From: Actinomycetota bacterium
GTDB taxonomy: Bacteria > Actinomycetota > UBA4738 > CALAEC01
DNA length: 64,000 bases
Reading direction: 5' to 3'
Assembly: GCA_050692555.1 (NCBI GenBank)
Contig: JBOGVS010000011.1
Coordinates: forward strand, 8,241 to 72,240
Shown: positions 46,045 to 55,734 of the stretch, one piece after another
Numbering within the stretch: position 1 is the stretch's first letter
Layout: each line of letters begins with the position of its first letter
Made by a program: the position numbers and the translations under genes
Notes under the pieces: model-generated
The model's input: only the letters and a program-made list of their open reading frames with translations
What the model was told of the DNA's origin: nothing
The model's database searches: none

Positions 46045-46824
46045 CTAGGGGTGCTGGTTGCTCACCGAGACGATCTCCCCGGTCATGTACGAGGAGTAGT
46101 CGCTGGCCAGGAACACGATCACGTTGGCCACCTCCCACGGCTCGGCGGCTCGGCCGAACGCTTCCCTGGTGACCAGCGCCTCCAGCACCTCCTCGTCCAT
46201 CACCTTCTTCAGGAACGGGTGCATGGCCAGGCTGGGGGCCACGGCGTTGACCCGGACGCCCGCGGAGGCGGCCTCGATCGCCGCCGTCCGGGTGATGGCC
46301 ATGATCCCCGCCTTGGCCGCGGCGTAGTGGGCCTGGCCCTCCTGGGCCCGCCAGCCGAGGACGGACGAGACGTTCACGATCACTCCGGACCGCCGAGGCA
46401 GCATGTGCCGGAGCGCCGCCCGGGTGCACCGGAGCGTCCCGGTCAGGGACACGTCGATCACCGCGTTCCACTGGTCGTCGGTCATGTCCACGATGGTGGC
46501 GGTCCCGCCCAGCCCGGCGTTGTTGACCGCAACGTCGAGCGATCCGAACTCGGCGACGGCCGCGTCGAACAGCCGCTGGACGTCCTCCTCCACGGTGACG
46601 TCGCATCGAACGGCCACGGGCATCGCGCCGGAGATGTCCTTGAGCTGGCCGGCCGCCTCCGCCAGCCGGCGCTCGTGGATGTCGCCGATGGCCAGCCGGG
46701 CACCCTCCTCCGCGGCCCGGCGGGCCGTGGCGAACCCGATCCCGGCGCCGGCCGCCGCGGTCACCAGGACCGACTTGCCCTCCAGCAGGTTGTGCGCGCT
46801 GGGGTACGGAGGGAGCTCAGTCAC
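46045..46824 (-). CDS. SDR family oxidoreductase
   Basis: 259 aa; VLVTAAAGAGIGFATA, NNAG, YAAAKAG. Confidence 0.85.
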   Translation of the reverse strand: MTELPPYPSAHNLLEGKSVLVTAAAGAGIGFATARRAAEEGARLAIGDIHERRLAEAAGQLKDISGAMPVAVRCDVTVEEDVQRLFDAAVAEFGSLDVAVNNAGLGGTATIVDMTDDQWNAVIDVSLTGTLRCTRAALRHMLPRRSGVIVNVSSVLGWRAQEGQAHYAAAKAGIMAITRTAAIEAASAGVRVNAVAPSLAMHPFLKKVMDEEVLEALVTREAFGRAAEPWEVANVIVFLASDYSSYMTGEIVSVSNQHP

Positions 46825-47836
46825 GGGCGGCGTCCTCCCGGAGGCGAGCGGCCACCGCCGCCCGGTGCTCCGCGGGGGTCCCGAACGCGAACTCCAGGGC
46901 CTTCCCCCGCTTCAGCCACAGGTGGAGGTCGTGCTCCCAGGTGAACCCGATCCCCCCGTGACACTGGAGCGCCTCGGTGCCGGCGAAGGCCGCCACGTCG
47001 GAGGCATGGGCCTTGGCCACGGCGGCGGCGATGTGCCGATCGGGAGAGGACCGGGCCAGGGCGTACGCCGCCCACCACGCCGCCGACCGAGACGACTCGA
47101 GGAGGACGTACACGGATGCCAGCTTGTGCTGGACGGCCTGGAACGAGCCCACCGGGCGACCGAATTGGTGGCGGTCCTTCACGTGGGCCACGGACATGTC
47201 GAGCATCCGGATCGCGATCCCGTTCAGCACTGCCGCAGTTGCTGCCGCCCCTCGGGCAAGGCCTTCCGCATCCGCCGTGCTTCGGCCGACCATCCGGGTG
47301 GAGGTCGACGTGGTCGCCTCCACCGAGAAGAGCCGGCGAGAGCGGTCCTCGGCCGTTACGGCTCGATATCGGAACTCGCCGCTGGGCACCGCGTGCAACT
47401 CGCTCTTTCGCTCGACGATCAAGAGATCGGCGATGTCGGCGTCGACGACGACGGGCGCATCGTGAAGCTGCACGCCGACCACTGCCTCGCCTCGGGCGAT
47501 CCTCGGAAGCCACTCCTGGCGCTGCGCTTCGGTGCCGGCCTCCGCGATGAGCGGAGAGGCAACTGCCACCGTCTCCACCAGCGGCTCGGGGAGGGCGGCC
47601 CGGCCGGCCTCCTCCAGGACCAGAGCCAGGTCCACCTCGTCACCCCCCGCGCCCCCGTGCTCCTCGGGGACGGTGAGCCCCAGGAGTCCCACGTCGGCCA
47701 GGGTTCGCCACACCGCGGGGTCCCGCGGCTTGCGGTCCCACAGCTCGCGCAGCCTGGTGGGCGGCGACTCCTTCTCGAACAGGTCCCGGGCCATATCCCG
47801 GAGCGCGTACTGCTCGGGCGAGAAGTCGAAGTCCAT
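46817..47836 (-). CDS. acyl-CoA dehydrogenase, short (beta-type) subunit of a heteromeric FadE pair
   Basis: 339 aa; MDFDFSPEQYALRDMARDLFE...HGGIGFTWEHDLHLWLKR. Confidence 0.8.
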   Translation of the reverse strand: MDFDFSPEQYALRDMARDLFEKESPPTRLRELWDRKPRDPAVWRTLADVGLLGLTVPEEHGGAGGDEVDLALVLEEAGRAALPEPLVETVAVASPLIAEAGTEAQRQEWLPRIARGEAVVGVQLHDAPVVVDADIADLLIVERKSELHAVPSGEFRYRAVTAEDRSRRLFSVEATTSTSTRMVGRSTADAEGLARGAAATAAVLNGIAIRMLDMSVAHVKDRHQFGRPVGSFQAVQHKLASVYVLLESSRSAAWWAAYALARSSPDRHIAAAVAKAHASDVAAFAGTEALQCHGGIGFTWEHDLHLWLKRGKALEFAFGTPAEHRAAVAARLREDAARD

Positions 47837-47838
47837 CG

Positions 47839-48996
47839 CTAGCCCCGCGGAAGCCCCAGGACCCGCTCGGCCACGATGTTCCGCTGGATCTCGCTGGTCC
47901 CCGCGTAGATCGTGGCCGCCCGGGCGAACCAGTACCGGGAGTTCCAGCCCGCCTGATCGGCCACCGGCGCGTCGGAGAGCGTCTCGCCGTACGGCCCCAG
48001 CACGTCGCGGCCGGTCTCATACAGGTCTCGCTCCAGCTCCGACCACAGCAGCTTGGTGACGCTGGCCTCCGAGCCGAGGGACTCCCCGCTGGCCAGCCGG
48101 GTCAGAGTCCGGAGCGTGTAGGCCCGGTACGCCTCGGCCCGCACGAACAGCTTGGCCAGAGCGTCGCTCGTCACCGGGTCCTGATCCAGGCCCCGGGTCC
48201 GGGCCACGGCGGCAAGCTCCCGGACCTCGCGGAGATACGCGGCTGCCGGCGCGGCCGGAGAGTCGCGCTCGAACCCCAGGATGGCCAGGGCCACGGCCCA
48301 GCCGCCGTCCACCTCGCCGATCACGTTCTCGTGCGGGACCCGAACCCCGGTGAAGAACACCTGGGCGAACCCCGCGTGGCCGTCGATCTGGATGATGGGC
48401 CGGGCTTCGACACCGTCGGAGCGCATGTCGATGCCCAGCACGGTGATCCCACGGTGACGCTCGGCGTCCGGGTCGGTTCGGACCAGGGCGAAGATCGAGT
48501 CGGCGAACGGACCGTACGACGTCCAGATCTTCTGTCCGTCGACCACCCAGTCGTCTCCGTCGCGAACGGCCTTGCACCGGAGCCCGGCCAGGTCGCTTCC
48601 GGCCTCGGGCTCCGAGAACCCTTGCGACCAGATCACGTCGGCCGACAGGATCCCCGGCAGCCACCGGCTCCGCTGCTCGTCGGTGCCGTGAGCCATCAGC
48701 GCCGGGCCGAGGAGGTTGTGGCCGACCACGGTGATCCGTTCGGGGCCACCGGCAAGGAGGTACTCCTCCTCGAAGATCGCCTGGTGGACCACGTCCAGGC
48801 CTCGGCCGCCGTACTCCTCGGGCCAGCGGATGGCCCCGTATCCGGCGGAGGCCAGCGTTCGCTCCCACGCGCGATGCGCGTCGAACCCCTCACGGGTCCC
48901 CGTCGACGGCAGGGGCTCCTTAGGCACGTCGGCCCGGAGCCACTCGCGCACCTCGTCGCGAAACGACTCCTGTTCGGGTGAGAGGTCGAGGTCCAT
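47839..48996 (-). CDS. acyl-CoA dehydrogenase (alpha-type subunit)
   Basis: 385 aa; FSEPEAGSDLAGLRCKAVRDGDDWVVDGQKIWTS...AGTSEIQRNIVAERVLG. Confidence 0.85.
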   Translation of the reverse strand: MDLDLSPEQESFRDEVREWLRADVPKEPLPSTGTREGFDAHRAWERTLASAGYGAIRWPEEYGGRGLDVVHQAIFEEEYLLAGGPERITVVGHNLLGPALMAHGTDEQRSRWLPGILSADVIWSQGFSEPEAGSDLAGLRCKAVRDGDDWVVDGQKIWTSYGPFADSIFALVRTDPDAERHRGITVLGIDMRSDGVEARPIIQIDGHAGFAQVFFTGVRVPHENVIGEVDGGWAVALAILGFERDSPAAPAAAYLREVRELAAVARTRGLDQDPVTSDALAKLFVRAEAYRAYTLRTLTRLASGESLGSEASVTKLLWSELERDLYETGRDVLGPYGETLSDAPVADQAGWNSRYWFARAATIYAGTSEIQRNIVAERVLGLPRG

Positions 48997-49056
48997 CGGC
49001 AGCGGAAGCCTACCTCGTCATTCGGCCCGGGCTAAGATCGGAGCGGTGGTTCGCGG

Positions 49057-49479
49057 ATGTGCAACCGAATCTACCTTTGCCTCGACTGCCGTTGGCCCAT
49101 CTGCTTCCCGTTCGGCCAGAAGATGCACATCGGTACCGGCTGGTACTGCTGGAAAGAACACCGCGCGGATGAAGATGAAGGGTTACCGGACGTCCCACTT
49201 CCCTTTGAGGCCATCACGGATGCCGAGCGTTTCTCCGAGCTCGTGGAGGAAGGCCTTGGCTTCTACAAAGCGTGGAAGAAGGACGACAAGCAGCGCAAGG
49301 TCTTCAATGTCATGCGGAGGAACCTGCGCCAGAGGCGCACGGATGTGGTTCACGAATTCCTGAGGCGCATCCACCGTGACGACAAGGTCGGGACGTTCCT
49401 GAGGCGATTCACCGCAACGGAGGAATGGCGCGGCTGGGCCCGGCGGGCGATACGGAAGCCGAAGCTTCGCCAAGCGTAG
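49057..49479 (+). CDS. hypothetical Cys-rich, basic small protein in a low-GC patch (possible zinc-finger protein; coding status uncertain)
   Basis: 140 aa. N-terminal C-x5-C-x2-C-x4-C...C-x2-H; basic C-terminus. Local GC ~57% against ~70% for the window. No recognisable family. Confidence 0.4.
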   Translation: MCNRIYLCLDCRWPICFPFGQKMHIGTGWYCWKEHRADEDEGLPDVPLPFEAITDAERFSELVEEGLGFYKAWKKDDKQRKVFNVMRRNLRQRRTDVVHEFLRRIHRDDKVGTFLRRFTATEEWRGWARRAIRKPKLRQA

Positions 49480-49573
49480 CGCTCCGTCCTCCGTGGCGCC
49501 GGGTCTCCCGACCTGCTGAGAAATCGTCCTCGGGGACGAGGGCCGGAGAACGTCGGGCCGCTATCGTTGCGTC

Positions 49574-50804
49574 GTGGAGCGGCACACCCTGTGGGATCGG
49601 CTTCGCCGCGTCAATCCCGTGGTCTGGGACGCCCTGTTGGCCGTTGCCGTCTTCCTGGCCAGCGTCCTCGCCGGATCCTCCTACTTCTCGGGCGAAGGCC
49701 GAGTGGAGATTCGCTTCTACGCAGGTGCAGAGCAGGACCCCGCGTTCCTCCTGTTATCCAGAGAAGGAGTGACGGCACATCTCGGCGAGGGCTGGCCGGC
49801 GCTGGCCCTTATCGCCGCGGCGTGTGCTCCCCTCGTGTGGCGTCGCCGAGCGCCGATCGGGACGCTGGTGCTCACCTCGATCGCGGCCGGTGCCTATCAG
49901 TTCTTTGGGTACCGGGACGGATTGGTGGGGTTCCCGCTCGTCGTCGCGGCATACACGGCGGCGGCGTACCGCGATCGGGTGCCGGTGCTCGTGGCGGCGC
50001 TTCCCGTCGCCCTGGCCGCGGCCCTGACCATCTTGCTGATCGGATTCGACGATCGAGGCCGGCTTGAGTCGGCCGCCATCCTGTTGATCCTGGTCGGGCT
50101 GCCGATGCTCTTCGGCCAGATCGCGTACAACCGACGGCGGCGCATCCAGCTAGACCTCGGGCGGGCGACCCGCGACGCCGTCGGCAGCGAGCGCGCCCGG
50201 ATCGCCCGGGAGCTGCACGACGTGGTGGCTCACGCCATGGGGGTGATGGTGGTTCAGGCCGGGGCTGGCCGCGTCACCATCGACCGCGATCCCGCAGAAG
50301 CGGCGACCGCGTTCAAGCGGATCGAGGAAACGGGCCGCACCGGCCTCGCCGAGATGCGCCGGCTGGTCGGCATCCTGCAGAAGGAAGAGGAGGCCGCAGC
50401 CCTGGTCCCTCAGCCCGGGCTCGACCAGCTAGACGAGCTCCTGGAACGGATGCGGCAAACAGGCCTACCCGTCGAGGCCGACATCGAGCCGGTGCCGGGA
50501 TCACTGCCGCCGGGTGTCGACCTCACCGCCTATCGGGTAATCCAGGAGGCGCTGACGAACGCCCTCAAGCACGGGGGAGGCGCGCGGGCTCGCCTCTTAC
50601 TCCGCTTCGATGCCGAAGCACTCGACGTGCAGGTCTCCGACGACGGACGAGGGCCGCCGCCGGACGGCACGCGGATCCAGGGTCACGGCCTCATCGGGAT
50701 GCGCGAGCGAGTGGCGTTGTTCGGGGGGACGTTGGAAACCGGAGAACGTCCGGGGCGGGGGCTTCGTGGTGAAGGCCCGGATCCCGCTGGCGGAACCGAC
50801 GTGA
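49574..50804 (+). CDS. NarL/DesK-type sensor histidine kinase (HisKA_3 + HATPase_c). Canonical C-terminus lies in the +1 frame after a G-run near 50752–50760
   Basis: TM N-terminus; H-box ARELHDVVAHAMGVMVVQAG; HATPase GHGLIGMRERVALFGGTLE. The expected end ...GGGFVVKARIPLAEPT* is in the +1 frame (track ORF 50610..50804). The main frame reads through into the RR gene. Confidence 0.75.
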
Positions 50805-51457
50805 CGATCAGGGTCCTGATCGCGGACGACCAGGCCCTCATGCGGGGCGGGTTCCGGATGATCCTGGAGGCCGAGGAGGACATCGAAGTGGTGGGCGAGG
50901 CCATCGACGGCCGGGACGCACTCGAGCAGTTCGGGCGGTTCGATCCGGACGTCGTGGTCATGGACATCCGGATGCCGGCCATGGATGGGATCGAGGCCAC
51001 TCGTCGCCTCACCGAAGGCGACTCCCCGGCCCGCGTGCTCATCCTGACCACGTTCGACCTCGACGAGTACGTCTACGGCGCGCTGCGGGCCGGAGCCAGC
51101 GGGTTCCTGCTCAAGGACCGCCCGCCCGAGGAGCTGGTGGCCGCGGTGCGGGTGGTGGCCTCCGGCGAAGCCCTGCTCGCGCCATCGGTCACCCGTCGCC
51201 TGATCGAGGAGTTCGCCAAGCGACCCGGGGCTTCGACGCCGCCGGAGGGGCTCGACGAGCTCACCGATCGCGAGCGGGAGGTCCTGGTGCTGATGGCCCA
51301 GGGGCTATCCAACTCGGAGATCGCCGGCCGATTGTTCGTGGCGGAAACCACGGTGAAGACCCACGTGGGCCACGTGCTCCAGAAGCTCCAGCTGCGCGAC
51401 CGGGCCCAGGCCGTCGTCGTGGCCTACGAGTCCGGCCTGGTCCAGCCAAGCCCGTGA
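50801..51457 (+). CDS. response regulator, NarL/LuxR family (REC + HTH_LuxR)
   Basis: VTIRVLIADDQALMRGGFRMIL...DVVVMDIRMPAMDG...; LuxR HTH TDREREVLVLMAQGLSNSEIAGRLFVAETTVKTHV. GTG overlaps the kinase TGA. Confidence 0.85.
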   Translation: MTIRVLIADDQALMRGGFRMILEAEEDIEVVGEAIDGRDALEQFGRFDPDVVVMDIRMPAMDGIEATRRLTEGDSPARVLILTTFDLDEYVYGALRAGASGFLLKDRPPEELVAAVRVVASGEALLAPSVTRRLIEEFAKRPGASTPPEGLDELTDREREVLVLMAQGLSNSEIAGRLFVAETTVKTHVGHVLQKLQLRDRAQAVVVAYESGLVQPSP

Positions 51458-51460
51458 GCG

Positions 51461-51482
51461 CCTCCTCCTCCTGAAGGAGGAG
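51461..51482 (+). terminator. GC-rich hairpin (intrinsic terminator candidate) after the response-regulator gene
   Basis: CTCCTCCT-GA-AGGAGGAG perfect stem-loop immediately after the stop. Confidence 0.45.
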
Positions 51483-51562
51483 ACCCGGACCGTTCCCCCT
51501 CCCTCGGTGCCGGGCCACGACGGCACCTGAGGCCGACGACGCGCCTCCCTCCCGGCCCTAGC

Positions 51563-52435
51563 GTGGCCTCGGAGGTGACGATGGTGGACACATCGGTCGT
51601 GCTCAACCTGTTGATCCCGGTGCTCGTCGCGGTGGCCGTGGCGAGTCGTGGCTTTCGCGTGGACGAGGCGTACGTCGAGCGATGGGCCACCTCGGCCGGA
51701 CTCCCGCTCACGGAGGAAGACCGGCGCCTGGCTCGTCGCTTCCTCCTGTGGAGCCGGCGATCGCGAACCCTGGGAGGGCTGATCGGGTGGCTCGGGCCCT
51801 TCGCGTACGCGGGGATCGGCCGGGCAATCGCCGGACGCGAGGTGATGAGCGAGACCGAGATCGGCGGCGCGCCTATCACGCTAATGCTTCTCGGGTACCT
51901 GCTCGGCGGGCTGTTCGCGGAGCTCGTGGTCAACCGGCCGCGCTTCGGAACCGTTCGGATGCCCCGGAGGCTGGAGGACTACCTGTCCCGCTACCTGCTG
52001 GTCGGCCAGCGCGGGCTCGGCGTGCTCGTCGCCGTGATGACGGGAGTGCTCGCGCTCATCCCCCTTGGCCCATCCCTCGCGGGCGACAAGCCCGTCATCG
52101 TGACGTTCGGGCTGATCGGCGTGGCGTTCGCGATCGTTCTGGAACTGCTGCAACGAGCGATCACCCGCCGACGACAGGATCCGCGCGCCCTGGAGCTCGA
52201 CGACGCGATGCGATCCACGTCGGTGCACCTCATCGCGGGGGCCGGCGTGGCCATCCTGCTGGGGTTCACCGCCGGCCTGGGCGCCACCCTCATCGGCCTC
52301 GCCGGCTCCACCAGCCCGCTCGGGATCGGGCTGATCGCCGTCCTGTTCCCACTGTCCATCGCGATCTGGCTGGACGACGGCAAGCCGCACGGCTTTCGGG
52401 TTCGGCGTATCGAGCCGCTGGGGGCCAACGCATGA
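51563..52435 (+). CDS. polytopic membrane protein (hypothetical)
   Basis: 290 aa, ~6 TM helices; no family recognised. Confidence 0.5.
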   Translation: MASEVTMVDTSVVLNLLIPVLVAVAVASRGFRVDEAYVERWATSAGLPLTEEDRRLARRFLLWSRRSRTLGGLIGWLGPFAYAGIGRAIAGREVMSETEIGGAPITLMLLGYLLGGLFAELVVNRPRFGTVRMPRRLEDYLSRYLLVGQRGLGVLVAVMTGVLALIPLGPSLAGDKPVIVTFGLIGVAFAIVLELLQRAITRRRQDPRALELDDAMRSTSVHLIAGAGVAILLGFTAGLGATLIGLAGSTSPLGIGLIAVLFPLSIAIWLDDGKPHGFRVRRIEPLGANA

Positions 52436-52878
52436 GCCCCGGAGAGGAGACTGATGTGACCGAGACATCGGAGCGACACGGCCGAGTAGCTGCTGTGCCC
52501 GGCTGGGGAGCGCTTCAGGATGCGGCGTTGATCCTGCTCTCCCCGGTCCTGTTCCCCGTCGCGATCTTCGTCGGGATCCTCCCCCTCCTGATCCACAGTT
52601 GGGTGGTCGGTGTCATCCTGCTGTCGGCGGCGAGGGCGTGGACGGCCGGGCAGAAGCTCATCGGAACGTTCCTGTCCGCCGTCTCCCTGTTCGCCTTCAT
52701 GATGGTCAACGTCCAGGCCTCCGTCGGACCGGTGGCCGCCGTCGGCATCCTGCTGGTCGTCACGGGGATGATGATGGTCCCGGGAATCGTGGGGGTCCTC
52801 TACCTGTCGAGGAGGGGGCTCCCTCGTTCGACTTCCTCAGGGCTTCGAGGACCTTCACCGACTTCGCGAACCCCTTGA
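52432..52878 (+). CDS. small membrane protein (hypothetical). ATGA-coupled to the upstream gene
   Basis: ~148 aa, 3–4 TM helices. The 3' end overlaps the convergent cyclase gene by ~119 nt, so the extent is uncertain. Confidence 0.35.
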   Translation: MSPGEETDVTETSERHGRVAAVPGWGALQDAALILLSPVLFPVAIFVGILPLLIHSWVVGVILLSAARAWTAGQKLIGTFLSAVSLFAFMMVNVQASVGPVAAVGILLVVTGMMMVPGIVGVLYLSRRGLPRSTSSGLRGPSPTSRTP

Positions 52879-54055
52879 GCTCGAGCTCGCCAACCGCGGT
52901 GAACGGGACGCCGGGGACCGCCGCCGCCTCGGCGACGCGCTCGCTCACGAACACCTGCCCGGCGCCCGCACTCCCGGCGATCCGCGAGGCGAGGTTCACG
53001 GTCCTCCCGAAATAGTCTCCCCCGTGGGCCACCACTGGACCCGCGGCCACCCCCACGTGCGCGGGGGGGAGACCCGAATCCGGCACCTCCTCCACCATCT
53101 CCAGCGTCGAGGCCACCGCGCCGGCCGAGTCCCGGAAGTGGAACATCACGCCGTCGCCGAGCCACTTCACCGGAGCGCCCCCATGGCGCCGGGACGACCG
53201 TTCGACAAGCTTTCCAAGTGACACGGCCAGCTCGGCGGCCGCCTCGTCGCCTCGCTCCTCGGTCAGACGGGTGTAGCCCACCAGGTCCAGGAAGACCATG
53301 GCAGGCACCCGTTCCGGGCCGGTGAGGACACCGGCCTCCTCGAGCCCCGTTTCGATGTTCTCGACCAGATGCTCGGTCCACACCAGCTCCTGCTGCCGGC
53401 GGTATCCGGCCATCAGGGCTCGATCCACGAGCACGTTCCACTCCTCGGCCATCCGTGCGGCTTGCTCGGTCGCCCGCGGCCGGCCCATCCCGGCCTGGAG
53501 CGCGGGCATCTCGAACCGGGCGTGATAGGCCTCGGTCTCCGACATGACGGCCTTCGACAGCCCCTGGGCGTGGGCTCGGGCGACCCGGGTCAACCAGGCC
53601 TCATCGAGCACCCCGGTTGCGATCGCATGACGGACCAGAGGAAGGATCTCGAGCTCGTCCTCCCGGATCCGCTCGTCGGGGTCCATGCGCGCGAAGCCGT
53701 AGGCCTGGAGAACGGTCCGGAGGAGCTCGAAGGGGACGCCGGCTTCCCTGCACACTTCGCGATAGGTGCGGTCCGAGCGCTGAGCCCACCTCCGGAAGGC
53801 GGGAGCCTCCAGGAACCCAAAGGACAACCGGCCCTGCTCGATGGCTCGGCCGATCCCGTCCATGGGGAGTCCGGCCCGCTCACACGCCTTGGCCAGCCTC
53901 ACCTTCTGCACGTCGCTGGGGAGGAACGGGTGCGAGTCCTCTCGCGGCACCAGGATCCCAAGGGCCACCATCCGCTCGAGCTCGTCCTCGGTGGCGCCGG
54001 TCCGCTCCGCCAGCGCCGCGGCGGAGAGTCCCTGGATCGTTCCTTCGTCGGCCAT
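52760..54055 (-). CDS. MerR-like HTH – class III adenylate/guanylate cyclase (CHD) fusion protein
   Basis: N-terminal HTH LSAAALAERTGATEDELERMVALGILV. C-terminal CHD motifs MVFLDLVGYT, WLGDGVMFHF, GRTVNLASRIAG. The alternative start at 54103 adds 16 aa. Confidence 0.8.
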   Translation of the reverse strand: MADEGTIQGLSAAALAERTGATEDELERMVALGILVPREDSHPFLPSDVQKVRLAKACERAGLPMDGIGRAIEQGRLSFGFLEAPAFRRWAQRSDRTYREVCREAGVPFELLRTVLQAYGFARMDPDERIREDELEILPLVRHAIATGVLDEAWLTRVARAHAQGLSKAVMSETEAYHARFEMPALQAGMGRPRATEQAARMAEEWNVLVDRALMAGYRRQQELVWTEHLVENIETGLEEAGVLTGPERVPAMVFLDLVGYTRLTEERGDEAAAELAVSLGKLVERSSRRHGGAPVKWLGDGVMFHFRDSAGAVASTLEMVEEVPDSGLPPAHVGVAAGPVVAHGGDYFGRTVNLASRIAGSAGAGQVFVSERVAEAAAVPGVPFTAVGELELKGFAKSVKVLEALRKSNEGAPSSTGRGPPRFPGPSSSP

Positions 54056-54244
54056 GCCGCCGCTATTCTGCCCGGCCGGTCGACCGGTGGCGGTCCGGAG
54101 CAAGCTATGCCGCCGGAGGAACGGAGTCGGGCCGCTGCCCTCGGCGGAGTGACCGGCGGTTCCTTATCCTCGGCGACGTGGACCGCTCGGTCGACGCCAT
54201 CCTGCGCTGCTTCCGGCGCGAACAGACCCGAGGGAGGTAACCGA

Positions 54245-54676
54245 ATGGCCGAGGACAAGCCGTACTTCGCCCCCGCCTACGAGTACGAGGTCGATCCCGA
54301 GTTCCCGTCCTCGTACGTGAGCCTCGAGCAGGACGTCCCCTCCCTCCCTGTCGAACCGGGCATCGTAGTGCGACCGGTCATCGGGAAGCGCCTGAACATG
54401 AGCTTCATCCACTTCGAGCCCCGGGCCGTGGCTCCCGTCCACCAGCATGGAGAGGAGCAGCTGGGCACGGTCCTGGAAGGATCCCTCGAGTTCGAGCTTG
54501 CCGGCGAGAAACGCGTTCTCCGGAACGGCGACGCGTACGTGATCCCACCTAACGTCCCCCACGGAGGCAGCACCGGCGACGAGGGATGCGTCACCCTCGA
54601 CGTCTTCTCGCCGCCGAGGGCGGGCCTCCGGGAGCTGGTCGAGAAAGCCGGCATGCCACCGGAGGCAGAAGCATGA
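54245..54676 (+). CDS. cupin domain protein
   Basis: 144 aa; conserved His-containing motif HQHGEEQLGTVLEGSLEF...PPNVPHGG. Confidence 0.7.
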   Translation: MAEDKPYFAPAYEYEVDPEFPSSYVSLEQDVPSLPVEPGIVVRPVIGKRLNMSFIHFEPRAVAPVHQHGEEQLGTVLEGSLEFELAGEKRVLRNGDAYVIPPNVPHGGSTGDEGCVTLDVFSPPRAGLRELVEKAGMPPEAEA

Positions 54677-55377
54677 GCACGGAGCTTCGGCAACGGTTCG
54701 CGTCCCTGACCACCGCCCACCTGGCGGATGCGTGCCTTCGCGCACAGGTCCCGGTGCGCTGTGCGCCCGCACCCATGCAGGCCGTGATGCCTGACACCCG
54801 CCTCGCCGGGCGGGTGTGTCCCGCTCGACACGTCGGGAGCGTCGACATCTTCCTCGAGGCCTTCGAGGGGGCCACGCCCGGCGACGTCCTGGTCGTGGAC
54901 AACGGCGGCCGAGTGGACGAGGCATGCGTCGGCGATCTCGTGGCCCTCGAGGCCCAGACCGCCGGACTGGAGGGACTGGTGGTCTGGGGGCTGCATCGGG
55001 ACACGGCCGACATCCGGGCGATCGGGCTGCCGGTCTTCAGCCTGGGCGCCACCCCCACCGGCCCCCAACGGCTCGATGCTCGCCCCGAGGATGCCCTGGA
55101 GTCGACCACGGTCGGAGAGTGGACGGTGACCCGCGAAGACCTGGTTCTCGGCGATGACGACGGCGTGCTCTTCCTGCCGGCCACCGCCGCCGGAGACGTC
55201 TTCACGCTCGCGGAGTCGATCCGCGACACCGAGCAACACCAGGCCGAACGGATCCGGACGGGAGACTCTCTGCGCAGCCAGGTGCGGTTCGCCGACTACC
55301 TCGCCCGGCGCCAACAGGAGCCGTCTCTTACCTTCCGCGACCATCTGCGAGCCGTGGGAGGAGCCATTGAGGAATAA
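54673..55377 (+). CDS. RraA-family protein (RraA / 4-hydroxy-4-methyl-2-oxoglutarate aldolase-like)
   Basis: MSTELRQRFASLTTAHLADAC...GDVLVVDNGG...GDLVA...GLVVWGLHRDTADIRAIGLPVFSLG. Confidence 0.75.
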   Translation: MSTELRQRFASLTTAHLADACLRAQVPVRCAPAPMQAVMPDTRLAGRVCPARHVGSVDIFLEAFEGATPGDVLVVDNGGRVDEACVGDLVALEAQTAGLEGLVVWGLHRDTADIRAIGLPVFSLGATPTGPQRLDARPEDALESTTVGEWTVTREDLVLGDDDGVLFLPATAAGDVFTLAESIRDTEQHQAERIRTGDSLRSQVRFADYLARRQQEPSLTFRDHLRAVGGAIEE

Positions 55378-55378
55378 G

Positions 55379-55732
55379 GTGAACCTCGCGGAGGGCCTCA
55401 GCCGGTTCTCGGACCTGTGGAAGCCCAAGATCATCGCCGACCTAAACGACAACAAGGTGCAGCTGGTCAAGGTCCGGGACGAGTGGGTGTGGCACACCCA
55501 CGACGACACCGATGAGCTGTTCCTGGTGATCGAGGGTCGCCTGACGATACAGATGCGCGACGGGGACGTGGAGCTGGGACCGGGAGACCTCCTGGTCGTC
55601 CCCAAAGGCGTCGAGCATTGCCCGAAGGCTTCCGAGGTGTGCCACCTGCTGCTGATCGAGCCGTACGGAACGCCGAACACCGGCGATGTTGGAGGCGAGC
55701 GAACCGCGCCCGAAGAGCGTCTCAGCGGCTAG
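55379..55732 (+). CDS. cupin domain protein
   Basis: 117 aa; WHTHDDTDELFLVIEGRLTIQ...VVPKGVEHCP cupin motifs. Confidence 0.7.
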   Translation: MNLAEGLSRFSDLWKPKIIADLNDNKVQLVKVRDEWVWHTHDDTDELFLVIEGRLTIQMRDGDVELGPGDLLVVPKGVEHCPKASEVCHLLLIEPYGTPNTGDVGGERTAPEERLSG

Positions 55733-55734
55733 AC

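Noticed and set aside
49574-51457. Genuine hybrid histidine kinase–response regulator (single 627-aa protein)
   Set aside because: The +1 frame encodes a perfect canonical HATPase C-terminus ending in TGA overlapping the RR GTG start. A one-base G-run indel is more parsimonious than a true fusion. This is kept as a finding rather than called as a hybrid.
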